A stretch of DNA of 64,000 bases from Acidobacteriota bacterium. GTDB lineage: Bacteria; Acidobacteriota; CAIWXX01. This document shows positions 13,401-23,400 of the stretch, one piece after another (positions within the stretch are counted from its first letter, which is position 1; each line of letters starts with the position of its first letter). The stretch covers positions 256,001-320,000 of the forward strand of contig JBFMAF010000037.1 in assembly GCA_040755995.1 (NCBI GenBank). Direction: 5' to 3'. Made by a program: the position numbers and the translations under genes. The notes below the pieces were generated by a model, which did not search any database, was not told the origin of the DNA, and saw only the letters and a list, made by a program, of their open reading frames with translations.

Positions 13401-15245
13401 ATGGAGCAGCTGCCTCGTATAGCACCGGCCGTGCCGCCGGACGAGTTGCTGCGAGTTCTCGTCGCCGATGATGAGGAGTCGATGCTCGAGGTCTTTGGGA
13501 AAGTCCTCCGCGTGCCCTACGAGCCGACGCCGCCGGCTCGGGCGCGGCTGGATCCCCATTCAACGTCGCCGCGGGGCCTGGTGACCCCATCCTTCGACAT
13601 GGTCTTCTGCCGGCAGGGCGACGAGGCCATCGAGGCCATCCGATCAGGCCTCGACGAAGACAGACCTTTCGCCATCGCCTTTCTGGACGTGATCATGCCG
13701 CCGGGGCCCGACGGCATTCGCACGGCCGAGCAGATCCGGGCGCTGGACCGGAATGTCGAGTTCGTGATCATGACCGGCGCCGCCGACATTGGACCCGCCC
13801 AGGTGGGCAGACGCGTGCGACCACCCGAGAAGCTGCTGTTCGTGCAGAAGCCGTTGCACGGAGCCGAGATCCGTCAGTTCGCCATGGCGTTGGGTGCGAA
13901 GTGGTGGACCGAACGCCTGCTCGAACGCACGCTCAGAGGGCTCGAGGCCCAGGTAGCCGAGAAGACGGCCGAGCTCTCGAAGCTGAACGAAGAGCTGCGA
14001 GCGGACCGCGATCTGCTGCGGGCCGCGCTGGAACGGCGCCGCGAGCTCGAGTTTATCGTCAACAAGAGCGGAGCCCTGGTCTTCCTGTGGCGAGCCGCAG
14101 AAGGATGGCCCGTCGAGTTCGTCTCGGAGAACGTCAACCAGTTCGGCTACACTACCGCGGATTTCGCCTCAGGAAACCTCCGCTACCTCGACATCATCCA
14201 CCCGGACGACCGCGACAGCGTGATGGGCGAGGTGGCCAGGTACGAAAAGGAGGGGCGCGCGGAGTTCAGCCAGCAGTACCGCATCGTGAACGCGACCGGA
14301 GACGTGCGCTGGTTGGGCTCCAGCATACTGGTGCGCCGCGATTCGAACGGGAACATCACCCACTATCAGGGGCTGGCATCGGACATTACGGAGAAGATGA
14401 TCCGGCAGTCCCTGCTGGCGCAGCGTCAGAAGCTGGAGGCAATCGGGCAGCTTGCGGCCGGCATCGCACATGAGATCAACACACCTACGCAATACGTCGG
14501 CGACAACACCCGCTTCCTCCAGGATTCCTTCGCCGGGCTGAACCGGCTCCTCTCCAAGCATGAGAAGCTCCGGCAAGCGGCGCGCTGCGGCGCCGTCGAC
14601 CCGGCACTGCTCGATGAGATCGATCGCGCAGTCGTGGCGACGGAGGTGGATTACCTCGTGGAAGAGATCCCGAAGGCGATTGAACAGTCGCTCGAGGGGA
14701 TCGGGCGAATCACCAGGATCGTGCGCGCCATGAAGGAATTCTCGCATCCGGGCGCGGAAGAGAAAGTCCCGATAAACCTCAACAACGCAATCGAAACCAC
14801 CCTCACGGTCGCCCACAACCAGCTCAAATACGTCGCAGACGTGGTGACCGACTTCGATCCGGCCCTGCCTCCCGTGCCCTGCCACCCCAATGAGATAAAC
14901 CAGGTGGTTCTGAATCTGCTGATCAACGCCGGCGACGCGATCGCCGCCTCCATCGGCGACCGGCCCGGACGCAAGGGCAAGATCACCGTGCGCACCAGCT
15001 GCTTTGACGACTGCGCGGAGATCAGAATCGCAGATACCGGCACCGGGATACCCGACAAAATCCGATCCAGGGTTTTCGAGCCGTTCTTCACCACCAAAGA
15101 GGTAGGAAAGGGCACGGGCCAGGGCCTGGCCTTGTCACACACCATAGTGGTGGAGAAGCATGGGGGCACTATCAGCTTCGACACCGAACCGGGCAAGGGC
15201 ACCACCTTCATCGTCAGGCTCCCGCTCGCAGGAGACACACCTTGA
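13401..15245 (+). CDS. REC-PAS-HisKA-HATPase histidine kinase
   Basis: VLVADDE...FLDVIMPPG; IHPDD PAS_3; AGIAHEINTPTQY; FFTTKEVGKGTGQGL. Confidence 0.93.
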   Translation: MEQLPRIAPAVPPDELLRVLVADDEESMLEVFGKVLRVPYEPTPPARARLDPHSTSPRGLVTPSFDMVFCRQGDEAIEAIRSGLDEDRPFAIAFLDVIMPPGPDGIRTAEQIRALDRNVEFVIMTGAADIGPAQVGRRVRPPEKLLFVQKPLHGAEIRQFAMALGAKWWTERLLERTLRGLEAQVAEKTAELSKLNEELRADRDLLRAALERRRELEFIVNKSGALVFLWRAAEGWPVEFVSENVNQFGYTTADFASGNLRYLDIIHPDDRDSVMGEVARYEKEGRAEFSQQYRIVNATGDVRWLGSSILVRRDSNGNITHYQGLASDITEKMIRQSLLAQRQKLEAIGQLAAGIAHEINTPTQYVGDNTRFLQDSFAGLNRLLSKHEKLRQAARCGAVDPALLDEIDRAVVATEVDYLVEEIPKAIEQSLEGIGRITRIVRAMKEFSHPGAEEKVPINLNNAIETTLTVAHNQLKYVADVVTDFDPALPPVPCHPNEINQVVLNLLINAGDAIAASIGDRPGRKGKITVRTSCFDDCAEIRIADTGTGIPDKIRSRVFEPFFTTKEVGKGTGQGLALSHTIVVEKHGGTISFDTEPGKGTTFIVRLPLAGDTP

Positions 15246-15278
15246 GACCCGGGAACCTGGAACCGGGAACCGAAATCT
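15244..15278. repeat. Heptamer tandem array (NGGAACC)
   Basis: gagaccc gggaacc tggaacc gggaacc gaaatct, filling the gap between the stop and the next RBS. Confidence 0.7.
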
Positions 15279-15291
15279 ATTGGGAGGTAAC

Positions 15292-15849
15292 ATGGGACAT
15301 ACTGTGCTGCTGGTCGATGATGATGCAAATCTGCTCGCCGGACTGCGCCGAGCGCTGCGGAACGAACCCTACGAGCTGGTGACTGCGCTGTCGGCCGAAG
15401 ACGCCCTCAAGATACTGCACGCACGCGACGTCGACGTCGTCATCTCGGACGAGAATCTGCCCGGGATCACAGGGACGCACTTTCTCAAAAGGGTGCGTGA
15501 GAGCTTTGCCGACGCGGTGCGATTCATGCTCACGGGTGCCGCGACACTCGACGTGGCCATCGATGCCATCAATGAGGCGGGCGTGAGTCACTTCTTCACC
15601 AAGCCGTGTCAGACCACCGACATGGCAATGGCGATCCGCATGGCGCTGAAGCAGAAGGACCTGATCGTGGCCGCCAAGCAGCTGCTTTTCCAACTGAGGC
15701 GCCATGAAGCCATGATGCAGCGTCTGGAGAAACAGCACCCCGGGATCACCCAGTTCGAAGAGGATGCTGACGGTGCCATAGTGATCGGGGAGCCCCCGAG
15801 CGACTACGACGAGTTGATGCGGGAGATCAAGAAGCACCTCGGCGGGTAG
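15292..15849 (+). CDS. Response regulator with short C-terminal extension
   Basis: GGGAGG RBS; TVLLVDDD...VVISDENLPG...FMLTG...FFTKPC. Confidence 0.92.
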   Translation: MGHTVLLVDDDANLLAGLRRALRNEPYELVTALSAEDALKILHARDVDVVISDENLPGITGTHFLKRVRESFADAVRFMLTGAATLDVAIDAINEAGVSHFFTKPCQTTDMAMAIRMALKQKDLIVAAKQLLFQLRRHEAMMQRLEKQHPGITQFEEDADGAIVIGEPPSDYDELMREIKKHLGG

Positions 15850-15884
15850 CCGGCACGAGGCGTGGACGCGGAGAGTCGAGCCAT

Positions 15885-17972
15885 ATGACAGCAGAGCTGG
15901 ACGCGTTGCTCGCGTCGTCTCCGATGGCTGTCATCGTCTACGATGCCGATGGTCGCGTCGGCATGTGGAACGCCGCGGCCGAGCGCCTCTTCGGCTGGGC
16001 CGCGGCGGAGGTTCTTGGACAACCGCATCCGTGGCACGCCCGCAGCGAGGCAGCCCAGGTGTCCGCGCTCCAGGAGTACGTCCGCTCAGGCGAATCGGCA
16101 GGCGATCTGGAGCTCACGCGCAGCCGCAAGGACGGGTCGACGGCTACGATCCGGGGCTTCGTCGGACCGTTACGGGATGCCGGCGGACGGATGGGCGGCA
16201 TGGTGGAGATGGCGGCGGACATCGGCCAGCCGCCGCCCGCCGAATCGACACTGCAGCGCATCCTCCATCGTGATGCCCTCACGGGCTTGCCGGATCGCTT
16301 CCTCTATCGCGAGGCGCTGCAGCGCGCCGCCATCGAAGCGGGGCGGCGGCACTCTCAGTTCGCCGTCATCCACATGGACGTCGCGGCACTCAAGACGGTC
16401 AACACCTCCATGGGTCCTGCGGCTGGAGACCAGGTGCTGCAGGCACTGGGTACACGGCTGAGAACGCTCGTGAACGAGGGCGACGATGTCGCTCGCATCG
16501 GCGGCGACGAATTCGCCGTCATACTCCGGAACAGCCCCTCCGCTGCGCATGCATCGATATGGGCGGAGAGATCGCTGGAGAGGCTCTCAGCTCCCATCGC
16601 AGTCGACGACCGCGAGGTCATCGTGCATCTCCGGGCCGGTGCCGCGCTTTTCCCGATCGACGGGGAGCAGCCGATGGCGCTGATGCAACGCGCAGACCTG
16701 GCCTTGCATCGTGCGACAGACAAGGGCGGGGATCGCTGTGAGTTCTACTCGTTGGAGATGGGAGAAGGCGCTGCCGAGCGCCTCTGGATGGAATCGGCCT
16801 TGCGAAAGGCCATGGATAACTGCGAGCTTGCGCTCCACTACCAGCCCAAGGTCGACATCGCCAGCGGTCGCGTGGTCGGCATGGAGGCTCTGTTGCGATG
16901 GGTGCATCCCGAGAAAGGAAACGTGTCGCCCGGCCGGTTCGTCCCGCTGGCCGAAGAAACCGGCCTGATCGTCCGTCTCGGCGAGTGGGTCATTCGCACG
17001 GCCTGCGCTCAAACAAAGGCCTGGATAGAGCAAGGGCTGCCTCCGGTTCGGATTGCAGTGAATCTGTCGGTCCACCAGTTGAAAGGCAGGGACGTTGTCG
17101 AGATGCTGCGCACGTTGCTACACGAGACCAGGTTGAGCCCGCAATACCTGGAGATCGAGATCACGGAGAGCGAGATCATGCGAAACGCCGAGGAGAATAT
17201 CCGGCTGCTCCGCGCGCTGAAGGACATGGGTCTCGGCATTTCGATCGACGACTTCGGGACCGGATATTCGTCGCTGAGCTACCTGAGACGCTTCCCAATC
17301 GACACGCTGAAGATCGACGCATCGTTCGTGAGCGACATCACGACCGAGCCGGAAAACGCGGCGATCGCATCGGCCATCATAGCCCTCGGGCACAGCCTCA
17401 ACATGAAGGTGATAGCCGAAGGGGTAGAGACCGAATCCCAGCTGGGGTTCCTGTACAAACGCGGCTGCGACCAGATCCAGGGCTATTACTTCAGCAAGGC
17501 ACTGCCGGCCGCAGAGTTCTCGGACATGCTACGCACGGGCCGGACGCTCAAGCTCAGTGAAGGACTCAGGAAGAGCAGAGAGCGGACGGTGCTGGCCGTT
17601 GACGATGAGGAGGATATCCGGACGATGCTGGTCCGCGTCCTCAGCCGGCAGGGATATTCGGTGCTGACGGCGCCCGACGCCAAGACCGGCTTCGAGACGC
17701 TCGCCACGAACCAGGTGGGCGTTATCATCTCCGACCACGAGATGCCCTCGATGACCGGCATCGAGTTCCTGAGCCGGGTCAAGGACCTCTACCCCGAGAC
17801 GGTCCGCATCATCCTGACAGGACAGTTCGAGATCGACGTGGTCATGGAAGCCATCAACCGGGGCGCGATCTTCAAGTTCATCCCCAAACCGTTCATGAAG
17901 GAGGACCTGCTGGAAGCCGTCCGGGCCGCATTCATCCTTCAAGAAACCGGGCGTGGCAACAACACCGGATAG
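15885..17972 (+). CDS. PAS-GGDEF-EAL-REC c-di-GMP metabolism protein
   Basis: RIGGDEF, MEALLRW, DDFGTGYSSL, LKIDASF, AEGVET, IQGYYFSK, C-terminal receiver. Confidence 0.95.
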   Translation: MTAELDALLASSPMAVIVYDADGRVGMWNAAAERLFGWAAAEVLGQPHPWHARSEAAQVSALQEYVRSGESAGDLELTRSRKDGSTATIRGFVGPLRDAGGRMGGMVEMAADIGQPPPAESTLQRILHRDALTGLPDRFLYREALQRAAIEAGRRHSQFAVIHMDVAALKTVNTSMGPAAGDQVLQALGTRLRTLVNEGDDVARIGGDEFAVILRNSPSAAHASIWAERSLERLSAPIAVDDREVIVHLRAGAALFPIDGEQPMALMQRADLALHRATDKGGDRCEFYSLEMGEGAAERLWMESALRKAMDNCELALHYQPKVDIASGRVVGMEALLRWVHPEKGNVSPGRFVPLAEETGLIVRLGEWVIRTACAQTKAWIEQGLPPVRIAVNLSVHQLKGRDVVEMLRTLLHETRLSPQYLEIEITESEIMRNAEENIRLLRALKDMGLGISIDDFGTGYSSLSYLRRFPIDTLKIDASFVSDITTEPENAAIASAIIALGHSLNMKVIAEGVETESQLGFLYKRGCDQIQGYYFSKALPAAEFSDMLRTGRTLKLSEGLRKSRERTVLAVDDEEDIRTMLVRVLSRQGYSVLTAPDAKTGFETLATNQVGVIISDHEMPSMTGIEFLSRVKDLYPETVRIILTGQFEIDVVMEAINRGAIFKFIPKPFMKEDLLEAVRAAFILQETGRGNNTG

Positions 17973-18081
17973 CTGAAACGCGCCACGCGACTTGAGGCGC
18001 GGCAAAAGCGGCCGGGCAAGCTTCGCCGGTCCGAGGCCGCTCCTCACTATACAGCGCGACTTATGTCGCGCTGTACAACGA

Positions 18082-18624
18082 TCAAAGCTCTCCCAGGACC
18101 GCTTCCTCGCCCTCGCCGAAGAAATTCGTGCGGCTCACGTTCTCGAGTACTTCCATCGGCAAGCTGCTTACAAGAAGCTCATGTTCCGGACAGCCCCACC
18201 GGGCGCACGTCAGGATGCGGTTCGAAGCGTCCGCAAGATAGAACTCGATCTTGCGCTCGGACGAGCACTCGGGCCTCTGGCACCGGCCCTCCACACTCAG
18301 CAGCACCTTGCAGTGCGGGCAGAAAGCGTCCACCACCGGGTCCCGCTCGGAACCCGCGAACATGAAATCGAAGAGCTTCTTGTGCCCTCCCCAGAACGCA
18401 TCCACGAAGACCAGCCCCTGCGCGCCGCCCGCGCGAATCGAGAAGCACACTGCATTCTGCCCGTGTATCTTCACGGTCGGCGTGACGAGATTGCACCCGT
18501 GCCGGCAGAAGAGCTGCTCCACAACGAGGAGATCGCGTTCCCCCCGCCGCACGATCTTCATGCCGGCAGGCAGCGACTTCCGAAAAACCTCAGGGATCTC
18601 GGGGACCTCCAGGGTCAGGGCCAT
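18082..18624 (-). CDS. Cys-rich hypothetical protein, probable metal binding
   Basis: GAGGAGG RBS before ATG 18624; motifs CRHGCNL, CPHC, CQRPEC, CARWGCPEH. Confidence 0.8.
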   Translation of the reverse strand: MALTLEVPEIPEVFRKSLPAGMKIVRRGERDLLVVEQLFCRHGCNLVTPTVKIHGQNAVCFSIRAGGAQGLVFVDAFWGGHKKLFDFMFAGSERDPVVDAFCPHCKVLLSVEGRCQRPECSSERKIEFYLADASNRILTCARWGCPEHELLVSSLPMEVLENVSRTNFFGEGEEAVLGEL

Positions 18625-18668
18625 ATGAACCTCCTCGACACAGCAGATTCTACACCATCCCATGACTG

Positions 18669-18764
18669 ATTCCGCACTCCGCCTTCAGCATTCCGCATTC
18701 TCCGTGGGCGGCCACCGTCCATCGTGGCCACCGATTCCGCATTCCGCACTCCGCATTCCGCATT
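18669..18764. repeat. Two heptamer arrays (ATTCCGC/ACTCCGC) in a divergent promoter region
   Basis: attccgc actccgc cttcagc attccgc at 18669-18696; attccgc attccgc actccgc attccgc at 18734-18761. Confidence 0.9.
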
Positions 18765-18799
18765 TTCCACAGGTACGTGCGCCCCGCGGTGGGGTGAAG

Positions 18800-18808
18800 T
18801 GATACAAT
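18800..18808 (+). promoter_or_regulatory. Putative extended -10 for corA (TGaTACAAT)
   Basis: TGn plus TACAAT about 25 nt upstream of ATG 18833. Confidence 0.5.
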
Positions 18809-18832
18809 AGCACCCGGACGTGCGAGTCACCG

Positions 18833-20059
18833 ATGTCAAGGCGTCACAGAAAGCATCGCAACCACGAGGACCCCGCGGTCCACAACGCGGCTCCGACCGG
18901 CGTGGACCAGCCCTGCGAGGAAGACACATCGTCGCAACTCGCCGAGGGCTCCAAGCGCAAGCGTGGGTTCCGGCTGCCCCGCTTGTCGAAGAAGTCAAAG
19001 CCGGGCGCGCTGCCCGGGATCGAGCCGCACGAGCTCTCGCAGCTCCCGAGCACCCCCGAACGGGTCCACATCACATGTATCGACTACTCGCCGGAGCAGG
19101 TCCGCGTGATGGAGGTCGAGGATGTCGATACGTTCGTGGGCGCGCACAGGCCGGAATGGTCGTCCGTCCGCTGGATCAACGTCGACGGCCTCAACGACAT
19201 GAAGGTGATCCGGGCCTTCGCAGAGAAGTACAGGCTCCATCCCCTGGCCGTCGAGGACCTGCTCCAGATCCCGCATCGGCCGAAAGCCGAGGCTTACTCC
19301 GGCCATGGCAGTTTTCAGGCCCGCGTGTTCGTCATCGCGCGCATGCTGGAGCTGAAGAGCGGGCACCTCAAGAGCGAGCAGGTGAGCATCTTCATCGGCC
19401 ACAAGACCGTGCTGACTTTTCAGGAGAGCGCCGGCGACATATGGGACCCGATTCGCGTGAGGATCAAGACTTCCGGCTCACGCATCCGCAACAACGACGC
19501 AAGCTTCCTGGCCTATTCCTTGCTTGATTCCATGGTGGATCACTGTTTCCCGATTCTGGAGTACTACGGGGACAGGCTGGAGGAGCTGGAGGAGATGGTG
19601 TTGGAGGGGGCCTCGCGCGAAGCCGTCCACGAGATCCACAGGCTGAAGCGTGAGCTGCTCTTGTTGCGGCGCGCCGTCTGGCCGATGCGCGAAGTGATCA
19701 ACTCGCTGCAGCGCGAGCCGCACGAGTGCCTCAGCGAAACCACGCGCACCTACTTGCGCGACATCTACGACCACACGGTTCAGATCATCGACATGATCGA
19801 GACCTACCGCGAGGTGGCGACGAGCTTGACCGAGACGAGCATGACGGCCATGAGCAACAGGATGAACGAGATCATGAAAGTGCTGACCGTGATCGGCACC
19901 ATCTTCATCCCGTTGACGTTTCTGGCAGGCGTCTATGGGATGAATTTCCACCACCTCCCAGAGCTCAACTGGCGCTGGTCGTACGGAATGTTCTGGCTGA
20001 TATGCCTCGTCACGGCCGTGACCATGCTCGCCTGGTTCAAGCGACGAGGTTGGCTCTAG
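18833..20059 (+). CDS. corA: Magnesium/cobalt transporter CorA
   Basis: WINVDGL, LHPLAVED, YLRDIYDH, MNEIMKVLT, signature GVYGMNF and PEL, two C-terminal TM helices. Confidence 0.96.
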   Translation: MSRRHRKHRNHEDPAVHNAAPTGVDQPCEEDTSSQLAEGSKRKRGFRLPRLSKKSKPGALPGIEPHELSQLPSTPERVHITCIDYSPEQVRVMEVEDVDTFVGAHRPEWSSVRWINVDGLNDMKVIRAFAEKYRLHPLAVEDLLQIPHRPKAEAYSGHGSFQARVFVIARMLELKSGHLKSEQVSIFIGHKTVLTFQESAGDIWDPIRVRIKTSGSRIRNNDASFLAYSLLDSMVDHCFPILEYYGDRLEELEEMVLEGASREAVHEIHRLKRELLLLRRAVWPMREVINSLQREPHECLSETTRTYLRDIYDHTVQIIDMIETYREVATSLTETSMTAMSNRMNEIMKVLTVIGTIFIPLTFLAGVYGMNFHHLPELNWRWSYGMFWLICLVTAVTMLAWFKRRGWL

Positions 20060-20194
20060 ACGCGCGCTTCCGCCGCTGATCCGGAAGGGGTAGGCGGAGT
20101 CCTCCTCGGGCATGTGCCTATGCTCGCACCGGATGAATCCGCGCCTCCTAGTAGGCCTAGGCATTCTAGGCATCCTTCCCCTATGAAGGAACTC

Positions 20195-20203
20195 TGATAT
20201 AAT
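20195..20203 (+). promoter_or_regulatory. Extended -10 promoter (TGaTATAAT)
   Basis: Consensus TGnTATAAT in a high-GC background, upstream of the kinase-cheR-cheB operon. Confidence 0.65.
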
Positions 20204-20421
20204 CCATTCAACGCGGGTATCTCTACAGGCACTGGCAACACAGGGTGCGGGATGAACCGCAGACTTCCGTCTGGGGTATGAGGAACTGAGATGTGCCACC
20301 AGATGTATGTGCTCCACCGGCCCATGGACGAGAAGGAACTTCCAGCCGTTGCAGGCACTATCGACGGGAATCCAGGACCCCGTAGAGGAGGTGGCGAGCT
20401 GCAGAACGCGGGAGTGACAGG

Positions 20422-23400
20422 ATGAAGCGAGACGAAGCGAAGAAGCGGACCAATGCAGCACGGCGGCCCCGCAAACCGGTTGAGGAGCGGGTCCAGCTGG
20501 CGGTGGAGGCTCTCGAGGTCGAGAAGCAGAGGCTGGAAAGGGCTTCGGTGGCCGGCAACGTGGCCCTCTGGGACTGGGATATCATCACGGGCGTTCTGGA
20601 GTGGTCCAGCGTCATTGACCCGATGCTGGGATTCCGCGAGGAGAAGTTCCCACGGACCATCCAGGCGTGGGGAGAGATCCTGCACCCGGACGATGAAGCT
20701 CGCGTCATGGAGACTCTGAACCGTCACCTGCGCGGTGAGGCGCCCTACGAGATTGACTACCGCGTGCGCCGCGCGGACGGCTCGTACATATGGTGGCGCG
20801 TGACCGGCGTCGCCGAACGCAACGCGACCGGAAAGGCCGTCCGCATGAGCGGCGCGTGCACGGACACCACCGAGCGCAAGCAGGCGGAGGAGGCGCTGCG
20901 CCAGGCTCGCGACACGGTGGAACGGCGCGTGCAAGAGCGGACGGCCGAGCTCGCGTCGAGCAACGAGCAGCTCCGGCGGCTGTCGAGTGAGCTAGAGCTG
21001 ATCATCGACAGCATCCCGGGCCGCGTCTTCTATAAGGATACCAAGAACTGCTTTATCCGTGTGAACAAGTACATGGCAGACGCCTACAAGATGACCAAGG
21101 ACCAGCTGGAGCGCGCCAGCGTGTTCGATCTGCATCCACGTGAACAGGCTCAGGCATACTTCGAGGATGATTTGCAGGTCATCAGAAGCGGAAAGGCCAA
21201 GCTGAACATTGATGAACCGTGGGAAACCGAGACGGGCGCCAGGTGGGTCAACACGAGCAAGATCCCCTATGTCAACGAGCAGGGTGAGGTCATCGGCGTG
21301 ATCGGAGTGTCGACGGATGTCACGGATCGCAAGAAGGCTGAGATGCAGGTCCGCGAAAGATCCGAGCAACTCCAGCGGCAGACCAGAATCATGGAAGGAA
21401 TCAACAAGGTCTTCCGTGAGGCCCTGATCCGCAAGACCGAAGGGGAAGTGGGCAAGGCCGCTCTTGGCGTAGCTGAAGAACTGACGGGCAGCAGCTTCGG
21501 GTTCATCGGCGAGATCAATCCTGCCGGCCTGATGGATACGATTGCGATCAGCAATCCGGGCTGGCATGCCTGCGACATCATTGTCTCCGACGCAAAGAAC
21601 TTCATCAAGCATATGCCGCTCAGGGGCATCGATCGAGCTACCCTGCGAGAGGGGAAATCCCGGATCGTCAATGCCGGCCAAATCGCGATGCATCCCGATC
21701 GCGTCGGCACGCCCCAGGGCCACCCTCCGATTACCTGTTTCCTTGGCGTCCCTTTCAAGCGGGAGGGCAAGACAGTCGGCATGATCGGCCTCGCGAACAA
21801 AGAGGGAGGCTACAGCCGGGAGGACCAAGAGGCCATCGAAATGCTCTCGGTGGCGTTCTACGAGGCCATGATACGCAAGCGGATGGAAACGGAACTGCAG
21901 GAGCACGCCGCACTAAAGGCTGCTCAGGCCGAGCTCTCCAACCTGATGCGCGGGGACCCGCACATCGATGTATTGACTCGCGACATCATCACATTCTTGT
22001 GCAGGCACCTGGAGGCTCAAACGGGCGTCATGTACCTGGCGAGTGACGATGGAACCCTCCGGCTGGTTGCCAGCTACGCATATAAGCGGCGAGAGCATCT
22101 GCCGTGTGAGTACCAGCTCGGTGAGGGATTGGTCGGCCAGGCGGCGCTGGGGAAGGAGGACATCATCCTGACCAACGTCCCGGAAGACTACATCTTGATC
22201 GAGTCCGGCCTCGGAGAGGCGGTTCCTCACAACATCTACATCAAGCCCATCGTCCACAACAGCAAGGTCGAGGCTGTCATAGAGCTCGGGACCCTGTACG
22301 AGTTCGCCGAATTCCAGTCGCACTTCCTGAACACGGTGAGCGAAGACATCGCCGTCGCCTTGGAGAGCGCGGAAGCTCGAGCGCTACAGGCCGAATTGCT
22401 GGAAGAATCCCAGCGGCTCACTGAGGAGCTCCAGGCGCAGCAGGAAGAGCTCAGGACCGCGAACGAGGAACTTGAGGAACAGACACAGCGGCTGAGGGAG
22501 TCGGAGGAGAAGCTGAAGACGCAGCAGGAGGAGCTCCAGGTCACGAACGAGGAGCTCGAGGAGAAGAACGAGCTCCTCGATCGCCAGAAGAAGGATGTGG
22601 AGCGAGCCAGGAAGGATATCGAGGAGAAGGCAGAGGAGCTGGCCCTGGCCAGCAAGTACAAGTCCGAGTTCCTTGCAAACATGTCACACGAGCTCAGAAC
22701 ACCACTCAACAGCCTGTTGCTCCTCGCGCAGTCGCTCGGCGATAACAAGAACGGCAACCTGACCGGCGAGCAGGTCGAGTCTGCCAGAATCATCCACAGG
22801 AGTGGCAGCGACCTGCTGAACTTGATCAACGAGATCCTTGACCTCTCCAAGATCGAGGCTGGCAGGATTGACCTGCAACTCGGCATCGTGCGAGTGTGTG
22901 ACCTCGCCGAAGGCGTCCGCGCCTCGTTCAAGCATATGGCCGAGGAGAAGGGGCTCAGTCTGGAGGTCGCCCTGCGCGAGGATGCGCCCACCGAGATCAG
23001 AAGCGACAGGAAGCGTGTCGAGCAGGTTGTCAGAAACCTGGTTTCCAATGCCATCAAGTTCACCGAGTCAGGAGGGGTAGCTGTCACCTTCGGGCGTCCC
23101 GTTGCCGGTACGGACCTCTCAAGGAGCCGCATGTTGCCAGATGAGTGCCTGGCTATCGGGGTCAAGGACACCGGCATCGGCATCGCACCTGAGCATCAGA
23201 AGATCATCTTCGAGGCATTCCAGCAAGCAGACGGGAGCACAGCGAGGGAGTACGGCGGAACAGGGCTCGGCCTGTCTATTTCGAGGGAGCTCGCGCACCT
23301 GTTAGGCGGTGAGGTTCAACTTGAAAGTGAACCGGGCATGGGATCGGTCTTCGTGCTGTACCTTCCCCTGGACTGCCCGACGAAGAGTCCCGGACACAGG

